Sequence record: PZ338878.1
DNA length: 64,000 bases
Origin: a phage
Strand: one strand, 5' to 3'
The notes under the pieces were generated by a model. That model did no database searches and was not told the origin of the DNA. It saw only the letters and a program-made list of their open reading frames with translations. The translations under genes were made by a program, and so were the position numbers. Below, in pieces: positions 18,217-27,670 of the stretch. Positions within the stretch are counted from its first letter, which is position 1; every line of letters begins with the position of its first letter.

Positions 18217-20630
18217 TGGCGAATTTTCCAACATATCCTGCTACGACACTAGAACAAGGTGTTGATCTGGTTATATTCTCGTCTAACCAGATGCATGATG
18301 TTATTAACGGGGATGCTACAGCAACTGTAGAAACCGAAACAGGTTTAATACCTACACTGCGTAAAGCACTTGTTGATAACTTCTTCTTTAAGAGTCCTGT
18401 TGCTTGGTCAGCAGGATCAACTGAAACTGTATTTAACCAGTTACGTTATTTTGAAAACGGTATCTTGAGTGGGTACTACTATGCTCCATCTGCCACTACT
18501 GCGAACCCTGTACCTATGCAGGGTACACCTGTAGGAGACAGTAACTGGACTCTGTATGCTCTTAAAACTGAACAGTTAGCTTCAGATGTGTATCCTTGGT
18601 ATTTTAAAGGTGCTACAGGGTATGAGACAGAAATCAGTCCTCCTTATATCTTTGATAATGCTATTGTCACCATTAACGGTGTAATTCAGATTCAGGGTGA
18701 AGCATTTACTATCAAAGATAGTAAAATTATTCTGGCAGAACCATTAGGTTTAGATCCGTCTACTGGTCTACCTAACAAATTGTTTGCTTTTATTGGTAAA
18801 ACAACAGCCTCTACTTCTTACGTAGAGAAAAACCTTTTGTCATCTACCACTGGTGCAGCAATGGTTGGTCTTCCATCTGGAGGCAATCTGTTACAAGCTC
18901 AATACTTTGTAACGCCTGAGCAGTTTGGTGCAATTGGTGATGGAGTTACCGATGATACTCAAGCAATTCTAAAAACCATTACTTTCGCTAACACGAATAA
19001 CATTCAAGTACGTGCAGATAAGAATTATAGATTCACAAGCTCAATTGCTATGTCTGGTATTCGTTGGTATGGTGGTACATTCACTGGTAACGGTGGAACA
19101 ATGATTTCTACTGTGTCCTGTTGGATTGAAAACGTTCGCTTTGAAAAATGTTATGTTAAGATGTTAGGTGGTGATTGCCGATTCTATCGTAATATCTTCT
19201 CCAACGCAACATCTACAGCAGCATTTTTAATGCAAGCAATGACAAGTGAAGGTACGTTGGACTTCAGTTACAACGAAATGTATGGTTGTAAATATGCGAT
19301 CCTGCAACAAGGTACTGGAGAAGTAATGACCTATGGGCGTTACTCTAACAACTACATTCACGATATCAAAGGTGATGCTATTGAACTTAACGTAGTTCAA
19401 AAACACTACACTGAAGGTTTGATCATCGAGAATAACCACATTGCTAACGTAGATGCTTCTGGACAAGGGGCAAACTGGGGTATTGGTATTGGTGTAGCAG
19501 GTAGTGGCCCATATGGTGTTGATGCTCCTGATTCACAATATGTACGTAACTTCAGTATCGTTGGAAATAGGGTTTACAATTGCCGTCAATGTTTACACGT
19601 TGAAATGGGTAAAAACTTCACTATACGTGACAACGAAGTTTATCCTAACACAGCAGTTTCAACAGGTACAGGTTTAACTACTTGTGGTGTTGCATTATAC
19701 GGATGCCAAGATTTTGAAGTTGATGGTTTAACTGGTTATCTGCTTAATGATCCGTCTGTTTCAACACGCATGGTCTTTATTGACTGGGGTGTTAACAGTG
19801 GAAGATATGCGGGGCCACCAATTAACTTTACAATTAAGAATTTGGATATTCCAGAATCTTCAATTGAAATTGCAACGGCTGGATCAGATGCCTGGGAAAA
19901 CTCTACAATTGTTAGTAACATCAATTGTAATGTTTTTAAATGGCGTGGATTACCATCTAGCTCTACCTTTAATAATATTCGTTGCCGTAGTATTGACTTT
20001 ATTGGTCAACACGGAAGCGGAGAAGGAAGTGGTGGCGGTTTCTATACTCGCAGCCAATTCACTTATATGAAGTGGGTAGGATGTACAGCACTTAGCGGAG
20101 ATGAAACAACAGTTTCTTTTGCTAAAATCTACACGGATCGTTGCGATCAGGTTGGAAATAACTTTGGTGTTCCAACTGCTGTTGATGGTACAGGTCATCG
20201 TGGGCCAGTCTTAACCACTATTTCTGAACAATATTTTACAGATTATGATGAATTCCCAGGTGGGCGTGACTTCCCTACTGGAACAGTTATTCATTGTGCA
20301 AGCGGTAAAAAACACGTTGTTACAGTAGGTGGTGCTTTCTTTAGTAATAATGAGAAAATAAAAGCAACTGTTACAGGTCAAACCTATCTACAGTCTAATG
20401 CTTTAAACTGGGCTAGTAATGGCTACGCTAAAGCGGCAGGTACTAAGATTGTTATTCCAGGTGCAGGAGCAAATGGTGGCGATCTTGTGACAACTATAGC
20501 ACGTGCTACGTATGTGACAAATAGTTTGTACACAATAGATATTGCAGATCCAATTGTAACACCTACAGCAGAGAATACACAAATTAAAGCTCTGAACCCT
20601 GTTACTTTTGTTACTGTCAATAATGCTTAA
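18216..20630 (+). CDS. tailspike protein with pectate-lyase-like beta-helix domain (depolymerase 2)
   Basis: FGAIGDGVTDDTQAILKTI motif; 804 aa; distinct sequence from the 11347 tailspike outside the motif. Confidence 0.7.
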   Translation: MANFPTYPATTLEQGVDLVIFSSNQMHDVINGDATATVETETGLIPTLRKALVDNFFFKSPVAWSAGSTETVFNQLRYFENGILSGYYYAPSATTANPVPMQGTPVGDSNWTLYALKTEQLASDVYPWYFKGATGYETEISPPYIFDNAIVTINGVIQIQGEAFTIKDSKIILAEPLGLDPSTGLPNKLFAFIGKTTASTSYVEKNLLSSTTGAAMVGLPSGGNLLQAQYFVTPEQFGAIGDGVTDDTQAILKTITFANTNNIQVRADKNYRFTSSIAMSGIRWYGGTFTGNGGTMISTVSCWIENVRFEKCYVKMLGGDCRFYRNIFSNATSTAAFLMQAMTSEGTLDFSYNEMYGCKYAILQQGTGEVMTYGRYSNNYIHDIKGDAIELNVVQKHYTEGLIIENNHIANVDASGQGANWGIGIGVAGSGPYGVDAPDSQYVRNFSIVGNRVYNCRQCLHVEMGKNFTIRDNEVYPNTAVSTGTGLTTCGVALYGCQDFEVDGLTGYLLNDPSVSTRMVFIDWGVNSGRYAGPPINFTIKNLDIPESSIEIATAGSDAWENSTIVSNINCNVFKWRGLPSSSTFNNIRCRSIDFIGQHGSGEGSGGGFYTRSQFTYMKWVGCTALSGDETTVSFAKIYTDRCDQVGNNFGVPTAVDGTGHRGPVLTTISEQYFTDYDEFPGGRDFPTGTVIHCASGKKHVVTVGGAFFSNNEKIKATVTGQTYLQSNALNWASNGYAKAAGTKIVIPGAGANGGDLVTTIARATYVTNSLYTIDIADPIVTPTAENTQIKALNPVTFVTVNNA

Positions 20631-20633
20631 TTA

Positions 20634-20656
20634 AAAGGGGCGAAAGCCCCTTTATA
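20634..20656 (+). terminator. rho-independent terminator
   Basis: GGGGC-GAAA-GCCCC hairpin followed by TTTAT. Confidence 0.6.
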
Positions 20657-20670
20657 AAAGGAGTAGTAAA

Positions 20671-22632
20671 GTGATTTTAACACGTCCAAATAGTGCCATT
20701 GCAGACATGGTAGAGTCTCGCTATAGAAAGCGTAGAAGTTTTGCAAGTGGTTTTACCTTAAGAGATGCTCGTGAAGCATTGCTCTTTGAAGCTGACGGTA
20801 ACTACTATCAGTGGAAAGGTTCTCTACCTAAAGTTGTACCTGCTAACTCTACTCCTACATCTACTGGAGGGATTTCAGATACAGCTTGGAAAAATGTGGG
20901 TAATGCAGATGACATTGCTCAAATAGAATCAGAATTAGATGCTATTGAAGCTGAAATTGAAGATCTTAGAGAATCCATCCCAGAAGCTGGTAAATCAGCT
21001 TACCAGATTGCCGTAGACAATGGTTTCCAAGGTACTGAGACACAGTGGTTGGCTTCTTTAAAAGGTGATCCAGGTGCTCCATTAAAGCTATTAGGGACAC
21101 TATCTAATACCAACCAATTACCTACAAGTGGAAACAATGCAGGGGATGCATGGATTGTAGGCGAGAATATGTATGCTTGGGATGGTACTGCTTGGAGAAA
21201 AGTAAACTCACAGGGGCCAGAAGGTAAATCTGCTTATGAAGTATGGCTTGCAGCAGGAAATGAAGGTACAGAACTAGATTATCTTGCTTCAATTAAAGGT
21301 GATAAAGGGGAGCCTGGCCCAGAGGGGCCACAAGGTGTGCCAGGTAATAATGCTAATGGTTTTGATTACCAAGGCGCAGCTAATTCCGTTTCAGATCTTC
21401 CTTCTGCATCTCATGGAAACACATCTCAAGCATGGAGTGTTGGTACATATCTATACGTGTCAAACGGTGTAGAATGGATCAATATGGGTGCTATAGTGGG
21501 GCCAAAAGGAGATAAAGGCGACAAAGGTGATAAGGGTAACACTGGTGATTCAGCTTATCAAGTCTGGTTAAATGCTGGTAACGTTGGTACTATTGACGAA
21601 TATATTGCCTCTCTGAAAGGAGAAAAAGGTGATAAGGGAGACAAGGGTGATCAAGGTGCACAGGGTATACAAGGCTTGACGGGGCCAACTGGTGCAGGGT
21701 TGACCATTATTGACATTCTGACTAACACTTCTGAACTACCACAAACTGGAGAAGAGGGTGATGGTTATCTGATCAATAATGAACTTTGGGTCTGGTTGCA
21801 AGGAGCCACAGAGTGGACAAATGTTGGTCGTTTAGCTGGTACTCCAATCACTGCAAAAGGACACGTTGCGTCTGCAAGTGCACTTCCTCCTACAGCTAAT
21901 TACGGTGATGCTTATCTGACGGAAGATACAGGTCATCTTTACATTTACACCTATGATGAACAAACTCAAACTGCTGAATATGTAGATATGGGTAGTTTGA
22001 AAGGTGATAAGGGTGAAAAAGGTGACGCTGGTACTAACGGTACAGACGGTGCAACTTGGATTGTTAAAACAACAGATCCAATCTCTAGTGATGGTAAACA
22101 AGGTGATTATGCCTTTAATATCTCCACGGGCGAGGTGTTCTTAAAAACATCTGCAACTGTCTGGACTTCTCAAGGTACACTACCTAGTATCACAGATGCA
22201 CCTAGTGACGGTAAGACTTATGCTCGTAAAGATGGGGCATGGGAAGAACTCACTAATTCTGTAGATGGTCAAGATATAGTTCCAACAAAAGTAACAACTA
22301 ATTTTATAGAGGTTACAGCATATACCAACAATTCTGTTACAGGGGACTGGACACCTCCAGGAACACATAACATGAATGTGTTGAATCTTACTGGTAACGC
22401 TACTATAAAAGCATGGCCTGGTGTCGAAGATAGTACAAAACCTAAACCATTCTCTGCAATAGTTTATCTTATCCAAGATGCCACTGGAGGTCGTACTGTT
22501 ACTTTAGATCCATCTTACAAAGTAATTGGTTCCAGTGATATTAATACAGATCCTAACGGAGTAACAATACTACAACTAACATATTGTGGTGTTGGCGATT
22601 ACGTGGATGCTATTGTTGCTAAACGCACATAA
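20671..22632 (+). CDS. collagen-like tail fibre protein
   Basis: Gly-X-Y triplet runs (GPKGDKGDKGDKGNTGD; GEKGDKGDKGDQGAQGIQGLTGPTG) and a reiterated module SAY(Q/E)(I/V)W..AGN.GT..EY(L/I)AS(L/I)KG. Confidence 0.7.
   Translation: MILTRPNSAIADMVESRYRKRRSFASGFTLRDAREALLFEADGNYYQWKGSLPKVVPANSTPTSTGGISDTAWKNVGNADDIAQIESELDAIEAEIEDLRESIPEAGKSAYQIAVDNGFQGTETQWLASLKGDPGAPLKLLGTLSNTNQLPTSGNNAGDAWIVGENMYAWDGTAWRKVNSQGPEGKSAYEVWLAAGNEGTELDYLASIKGDKGEPGPEGPQGVPGNNANGFDYQGAANSVSDLPSASHGNTSQAWSVGTYLYVSNGVEWINMGAIVGPKGDKGDKGDKGNTGDSAYQVWLNAGNVGTIDEYIASLKGEKGDKGDKGDQGAQGIQGLTGPTGAGLTIIDILTNTSELPQTGEEGDGYLINNELWVWLQGATEWTNVGRLAGTPITAKGHVASASALPPTANYGDAYLTEDTGHLYIYTYDEQTQTAEYVDMGSLKGDKGEKGDAGTNGTDGATWIVKTTDPISSDGKQGDYAFNISTGEVFLKTSATVWTSQGTLPSITDAPSDGKTYARKDGAWEELTNSVDGQDIVPTKVTTNFIEVTAYTNNSVTGDWTPPGTHNMNVLNLTGNATIKAWPGVEDSTKPKPFSAIVYLIQDATGGRTVTLDPSYKVIGSSDINTDPNGVTILQLTYCGVGDYVDAIVAKRT
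21290..21700 (+). repeat. collagen-like G-X-Y coding repeat blocks
   Basis: Three blocks of GGN-GAT/AAA-AAR type triplet codons at about 21299-21346, 21498-21548 and 21617-21697. Confidence 0.7.
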
Positions 22633-22635
22633 TCA

Positions 22636-22660
22636 AAGCCCCTTCGGGGGCTTATTATTT
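22636..22660 (+). terminator. rho-independent terminator
   Basis: AAGCCCC-TTCG-GGGGCTT hairpin followed by ATTATTT. Confidence 0.6.
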
Positions 22661-22671
22661 AAGGAGATTAA

Positions 22672-25491
22672 ATGTATCCTATTCCTTTATTTATGTCAAC
22701 AACATCAGCTTCAGTAGTAACAGCTACATCTATAACCACTTCCTCTATTGGTATTGCAATAGTTGGTAGTAAAAAGCAACTGACATACACAGTTTCACCG
22801 GAAGATGGTGCGTTATTTGATATAGCTTTTTCATCTTCAGATAATACCAAAATGGTTATAGATAATAATGGTATGATGGAGTTTGTTGCCGAAGGTGGTT
22901 TTGATGCAATAATGACAGCTAAAAATAATTTAGGTGCTGTCTTAACTGATCAATCTGGTGGCTATGCTTCAGAATTAAGTGTGTACACTGAAAGTCTGTC
23001 TGCTATGGATGCAGGAACTACTCAACAATTGGTTGCTACAATCAGTCCAGAAGGTGCTAAAGACCTTCCAGACATGGTAATTACGTACACCACAACAGAT
23101 CCAGAAGTAGCTACTGTAAGTCCTACAGGATTAATAACTGCTCTTAAAGATGGCAGTTGCCGTATAGGTTGCACTGCAACTTATCAAGGAACAGTGGTGG
23201 CCTCTGATAGTTCTTATTTAGGTGTTAATGCTGTTCCTGTTATTTCTAATGTAACAGCCGTGGCAAACAGCTATGGAGACATTCGTGTTGCTTGGGATGT
23301 AGCTGATCCGCTAGATGGTGATACTTATACTGTAGAAGTATTAGATTTAAGTAATAACAGTGTCCAGTGGACTACAACAACCACGAATACTTACGCTTAC
23401 TTTGATATCTCTGACTCTATTCCTCTTTATGGGTTTGCTCCAACATACCTTAAAATTAGCGTTAAGAGCACCAAAGCAGCACCCGTTATCTTTAATAACT
23501 CAATAGCTACAGATGATTCATTCATTAAAGAAGTTATTGTCTTTGCTGGACAAGATAACGTAAATGCACACTTTACAGAACTATCTGGTGCAAATAAAGC
23601 AGCAATGAGTAGCACAACAGCCCGTAATGCATATGCTACGCAACGTGGTTTAGCAAATGCTGAAGTTCTCCCGTTAAATACAGCTTCTGGATCATCAGCA
23701 GCAGATAAATATGCTGACGATAAAGCTGGAACAGGTACACCAGACAACTACTGGTATGATCTGGATAACACAGCAGATGGGCCATGCTTAACTAACTTTA
23801 TCACTAAAGTCACACCTTATGCAAGTAAGGTTAAAGCGATTATTTGGGGACAAGGTGAAAATGATGCTGTATCAGCATCTTCAACTGTTGCAGGTAGATA
23901 CAGTAACACTACACGTTACCATGATGCTACGATAGCTATCTTTGATAAGATGCGTACAATAGTTCCTGCTTCTCAAGCAAAAATTGTTTGGCAGATCCTA
24001 GGACGTTCTTATTTATATGGTGTAGAAGTTAATGGTGTGGATTGGCAGAAATACAGAAATGTACAAAGAACCATCTCTACAGCACGTGACGATGTTATCA
24101 TTGGTTCTTGGGTGGATGGTGCTGAACGCTACAGTGGTTATGTTTATGAAGAAGGTATTGCTGGTCGTATCCATTATATTTCTTCTGTATACCAAACAGC
24201 AGCTACAAAACTTGCTAAATCAGCAGCAGACGGTACAGACCTAACATCAACGTCACCTGTTTGGGTTGATATGGCTGTTCCAACTGGAGCAACAGCTATT
24301 TCCCAATCTAATCAAGATATAATTTTAGCATGGGATGCTCAAGGTTATAGTAAACACTACTTCCGTAATATTAACGTCTTAACAGCATCTGTATTAACTG
24401 AACAAACCCTTAATACGAACAGTTATACGTTTACCTATGCAGATCAAGTAGAACAATATGGTTTTGCAGCAGGTACTACGGTATTTGATGTTGCATATTA
24501 TGACGAAGCAAATGATGTGTTATCTCCTTTAGTACGTTTTAATGTTAGCGTTACAGCAGGAAAAGTAGAAGATAAACCTGTCGTGATGGATTATGATTTG
24601 ACACAAGAAACTCTTCCATCAGATGTTAAGGTTAATGGTGGGAACTCTTTTGCTCGTGCTTCTGGAGATAAACTTGTAGCCACTAACACCTTGGTTGCTC
24701 CGTTGGAGTATGTTGGTACTACCCCTGTAGGTAGACGTGTAACAGCTAACACAGCTACACAAATTTTTGTCAACAACGCCTTAACAAGCGCAAGCCCGTG
24801 GGTAAAGACCAACTTAACTGTTGCAGCTTCATCTGATAACTCTCCGGCTGGAACTACTGCTAATGTATTCAAATTAACTCCGACTACAACCTCTGGTAGT
24901 CATATCTTAACTGCAACATATACTAACGCGTACAACATATCTGCCGGACGTAACTGGTCTGCCTCTGTTTTCTTGAAAGCGAACGGGATTACTAAGGCCA
25001 AACTAAGATTAAAAGCAGGAACTGAAGTTAATGAGGGTACTTTTGATTTAGCAGCAGGTACATTCGCAGGAAGTGAAGCTAATATTATATCTATGGGCAA
25101 CGGTTGGTATCGTGCTATTCTGCATAAAACAGGGATAGCCAAACAGTCCTCCATAAGTTTTGAAATAATTGCCTTGGATGCAACTGGTGCGGAGATTTTC
25201 GCTGGAGATGGTACTAGTAACCTTGCAGTTTGGTTGCCACAGCTTGAAGGTGCTTCTACAGGAGACACATCAAAAGCTGGATCGCCTTATGTCTGCACAT
25301 ATCCTGGAAATTTAGGAGGAGTATCCTTCACTATACCAAGGAACGGACATACTGGTGTGGATGTTTACTATTCCAACGGAGACGTTGTTCGTGACGTATT
25401 CTCTGGTACGGCATCTACTTGGACAATAAACTACTCCAGCTTGTACGATTGGGGATCAGTCTTTATTACAGGTTTGAAATATTACGACTAA
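22672..25491 (+). CDS. fibre/decoration protein with Ig-like region and SASA/SGNH-esterase-like domain
   Basis: 939 aa; central motifs VIVFAGQDNVNAHF and IWGQGENDA resemble sialate O-acetylesterase-type blocks; Thr/Ser-rich Ig-like N-terminal part; lectin-like C-terminus. Confidence 0.45.
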   Translation: MYPIPLFMSTTSASVVTATSITTSSIGIAIVGSKKQLTYTVSPEDGALFDIAFSSSDNTKMVIDNNGMMEFVAEGGFDAIMTAKNNLGAVLTDQSGGYASELSVYTESLSAMDAGTTQQLVATISPEGAKDLPDMVITYTTTDPEVATVSPTGLITALKDGSCRIGCTATYQGTVVASDSSYLGVNAVPVISNVTAVANSYGDIRVAWDVADPLDGDTYTVEVLDLSNNSVQWTTTTTNTYAYFDISDSIPLYGFAPTYLKISVKSTKAAPVIFNNSIATDDSFIKEVIVFAGQDNVNAHFTELSGANKAAMSSTTARNAYATQRGLANAEVLPLNTASGSSAADKYADDKAGTGTPDNYWYDLDNTADGPCLTNFITKVTPYASKVKAIIWGQGENDAVSASSTVAGRYSNTTRYHDATIAIFDKMRTIVPASQAKIVWQILGRSYLYGVEVNGVDWQKYRNVQRTISTARDDVIIGSWVDGAERYSGYVYEEGIAGRIHYISSVYQTAATKLAKSAADGTDLTSTSPVWVDMAVPTGATAISQSNQDIILAWDAQGYSKHYFRNINVLTASVLTEQTLNTNSYTFTYADQVEQYGFAAGTTVFDVAYYDEANDVLSPLVRFNVSVTAGKVEDKPVVMDYDLTQETLPSDVKVNGGNSFARASGDKLVATNTLVAPLEYVGTTPVGRRVTANTATQIFVNNALTSASPWVKTNLTVAASSDNSPAGTTANVFKLTPTTTSGSHILTATYTNAYNISAGRNWSASVFLKANGITKAKLRLKAGTEVNEGTFDLAAGTFAGSEANIISMGNGWYRAILHKTGIAKQSSISFEIIALDATGAEIFAGDGTSNLAVWLPQLEGASTGDTSKAGSPYVCTYPGNLGGVSFTIPRNGHTGVDVYYSNGDVVRDVFSGTASTWTINYSSLYDWGSVFITGLKYYD

Positions 25492-25492
25492 T

Positions 25493-25523
25493 AAAAAAGG
25501 AGCCATTAGGCTCCTTTTCTTTT
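25493..25523. terminator. bidirectional terminator at convergence of plus and minus modules
   Basis: A-tract, AAGGAGCC-ATTA-GGCTCCTT hairpin, T-tract; lies between the last plus-strand gene and the last minus-strand gene. Confidence 0.65.
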
Positions 25524-25526
25524 ATC

Positions 25527-25907
25527 TTAATCAGTGAAAATTACGCTCACATCTTCTTTAGAGAAGAGTTTATGATCTTCACCTTTTGTCTCAAGAGTTT
25601 CATACAGGTTAAGAAGTTCTGAAACATCTTTCTCTACCAGTTTCTTCAATGTTGCAATTTTCTGTTTGCGATTCTTAATACGTTCAGCTACAACCTTACG
25701 TTGGTATCCAGCAGTACGATAACCTGAGAAAGTTACACCAGTAAGACTTGCAGTTACAGGATCGTAGTGACGTTCAATCTGAAATTTATTAAAAGGTACA
25801 GCGTCATCACGAATAATCTTACCGCCATTACTTACTTGACGAAGACCAGTAACTTGTTCCAGTCGTGCCATAGAAATCTTTGGAGACAGACCAGAGTCCA
25901 AATTCAT
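25527..25907 (-). CDS. hypothetical protein
   Basis: ORF-track 25527-25958; probable start at internal Met (MNLDSG...) to avoid overlap with the methyltransferase gene. Confidence 0.45.
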   Translation of the reverse strand: MNLDSGLSPKISMARLEQVTGLRQVSNGGKIIRDDAVPFNKFQIERHYDPVTASLTGVTFSGYRTAGYQRKVVAERIKNRKQKIATLKKLVEKDVSELLNLYETLETKGEDHKLFSKEDVSVIFTD

Positions 25908-25914
25908 ACCGTTG

Positions 25915-26646
25915 TTAATCAGTGCTTTCAGGGTGATTTTGCTGTTCAGTGTACTCATTTAGTCGTTCCTCCGCTTGCTTAAAAATATTTACATCGGCTT
26001 CACAGCCTAAGTATTCTCTACCTGTTAAAAGTGCCGCAACTTGTGTTGTTGCACTTCCAGAGAAGAAGTCTAAGACTACATCTCCTTCGTTGGTATGTAT
26101 ATTAATAAGGTCACAAAACAAAGTCAAGTGTTTTTGTGTTGGATGAAAACGATCTGCTCCTTGATAGATAGGATACTCAAACACACCCTTATGGTAGGAA
26201 GCATTGAAGGTTGGCTTCGAACCTTTAACACAAACAATAGCCATCTCTTTAGCGTTACTAAGGTAGTTAACACCACTGTTGATGGGTACAGGGTTTGTTT
26301 TAATCCATTCAATAGTACGGAACATACGAAAACCAAGCGGTTCAAGGATTTCACGTAGTTCCTGGATCTTCCAGATATCATACCAAACTATGCAAGTACC
26401 ACCTTTTCTAAGCACCCTATAGGCTTCTTTGAATACTTCTTTAAAGTAAGGAATATCTACAACATCCCAGTCACCAAAGTTGTAAGATACACGGAATCTA
26501 TCCGTATCTTTTCCAGTAGGTTCTCCAGATTGAAAATTTGTGTCACGAGAAATAGCATATGGTGGGTCAGTAAGAATCAAATCTACACTATTGCTTTCGA
26601 GGGTTTGCAGGTAGTTTAATGCGGTGTTGTTTACAAATTCGCTCAT
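25915..26646 (-). CDS. DNA methyltransferase (beta-class, N6-adenine or N4-cytosine)
   Basis: N-terminal DPPY motif (LILTDPPYAI) and C-terminal AdoMet motif (VVLDFFSGSATT); no adjacent restriction endonuclease recognised. Confidence 0.75.
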   Translation of the reverse strand: MSEFVNNTALNYLQTLESNSVDLILTDPPYAISRDTNFQSGEPTGKDTDRFRVSYNFGDWDVVDIPYFKEVFKEAYRVLRKGGTCIVWYDIWKIQELREILEPLGFRMFRTIEWIKTNPVPINSGVNYLSNAKEMAIVCVKGSKPTFNASYHKGVFEYPIYQGADRFHPTQKHLTLFCDLINIHTNEGDVVLDFFSGSATTQVAALLTGREYLGCEADVNIFKQAEERLNEYTEQQNHPESTD

Positions 26647-26656
26647 TATATCTCCT

Positions 26657-26686
26657 TCAAAGAAAAGGAGCCGTTAGGCTCCTTAT
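26657..26686 (-). terminator. terminator-like hairpin between SSB and methyltransferase genes
   Basis: AAGGAGCC-GTTA-GGCTCCTT followed on the minus strand by TTTCTTTG. Confidence 0.5.
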
Positions 26687-26706
26687 ATTCACACAATATT
26701 TAATTA

Positions 26707-27654
26707 TTAGAAACAGTGCAGGAAGTTTCGACCATATTGCAAACCAATAGGAGCAAACGGGATATCATCATCGAAATCTTGAACAACAGGTTCTGGTTCT
26801 TTCGGTGCTGGCTCTTTCTTCTCTACTTTTTTAGTTTCTTTCTTAACTTCTTGTACTGGGGTAGACATTCCACGGATAGCAGCAGCTACTTTATCAGACA
26901 AAGCAAGAACTTCACGAGCAGCTTCAATAATCTCTTCTGCCGTTACAGTTTTACCTGTATGATCACGACAAGCGTTAAGAATTGCGTGTCCAACTGAAGC
27001 ACCAAGATCATAGTCAGTTACATCAACGCCACGATCTTTAGCAATTTCAGCTTTCAGAGTAACAGTTGCAGATTGTACCACACCAGCCAAGTCGAAAGCA
27101 TCACCTTTCACACCAGCACGTAGAAGCTCCAGAGCGCCGTTTACAGCGTGTCCTGTTTCAATCCCTACGGTATCACGTTTTTTGTAGTTAGGCTTGTTAC
27201 CGTCATTATTAGATGGCTTATTTCCACCTTTTGAAGAGGATTGCGCTTGCTGAACACCTTCTGTTGAAAGAATAGTGATTTTACCTTTAGAGGAGTTGTA
27301 GTATGTTTTGCCATTCCATTCGGAAGGTTTAACATCCATAGTTAGTTCTACGCCTTTTTCGATAGTAACCCACTTATCACCATCTTTAACTTGCAGGTTT
27401 TCATGTTCTGGGTGCAGTTTAACTTCACCTAGGCTAACCCAAACACCTTTATCATCAGCACCAGCACCTTTCTCTTTAATAAGCAGAGATGCTTTGTGAG
27501 TTGATTCAATTTTCTTATCTGGCTGACCTGCAACCTTAATATAAGAGACTTTCATTTCATCAAACTTATCTAGTTTGACATATTCGACAATACCTTCAGC
27601 CCAGAATGCTTCTTTTTTAGTACGGCGGTCGATTTCAGAATTAATTACTGGCAT
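26707..27654 (-). CDS. ssb: single-stranded DNA-binding protein
   Basis: Gly/Ser/Asn-rich linker and C-terminal acidic tail ending DDDIPF, the canonical SSB C-terminus. Confidence 0.75.
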   Translation of the reverse strand: MPVINSEIDRRTKKEAFWAEGIVEYVKLDKFDEMKVSYIKVAGQPDKKIESTHKASLLIKEKGAGADDKGVWVSLGEVKLHPEHENLQVKDGDKWVTIEKGVELTMDVKPSEWNGKTYYNSSKGKITILSTEGVQQAQSSSKGGNKPSNNDGNKPNYKKRDTVGIETGHAVNGALELLRAGVKGDAFDLAGVVQSATVTLKAEIAKDRGVDVTDYDLGASVGHAILNACRDHTGKTVTAEEIIEAAREVLALSDKVAAAIRGMSTPVQEVKKETKKVEKKEPAPKEPEPVVQDFDDDIPFAPIGLQYGRNFLHCF

Positions 27655-27670
27655 AAATTCTCCTCTATAA

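Noticed and set aside
21290-21700. Short tandem DNA repeats that could suggest a CRISPR array or VNTR
   Set aside because: The periodicity is 9 bp and in-frame, encoding collagen-like GDKGDKG triplets inside a long ORF; no direct repeat-spacer architecture
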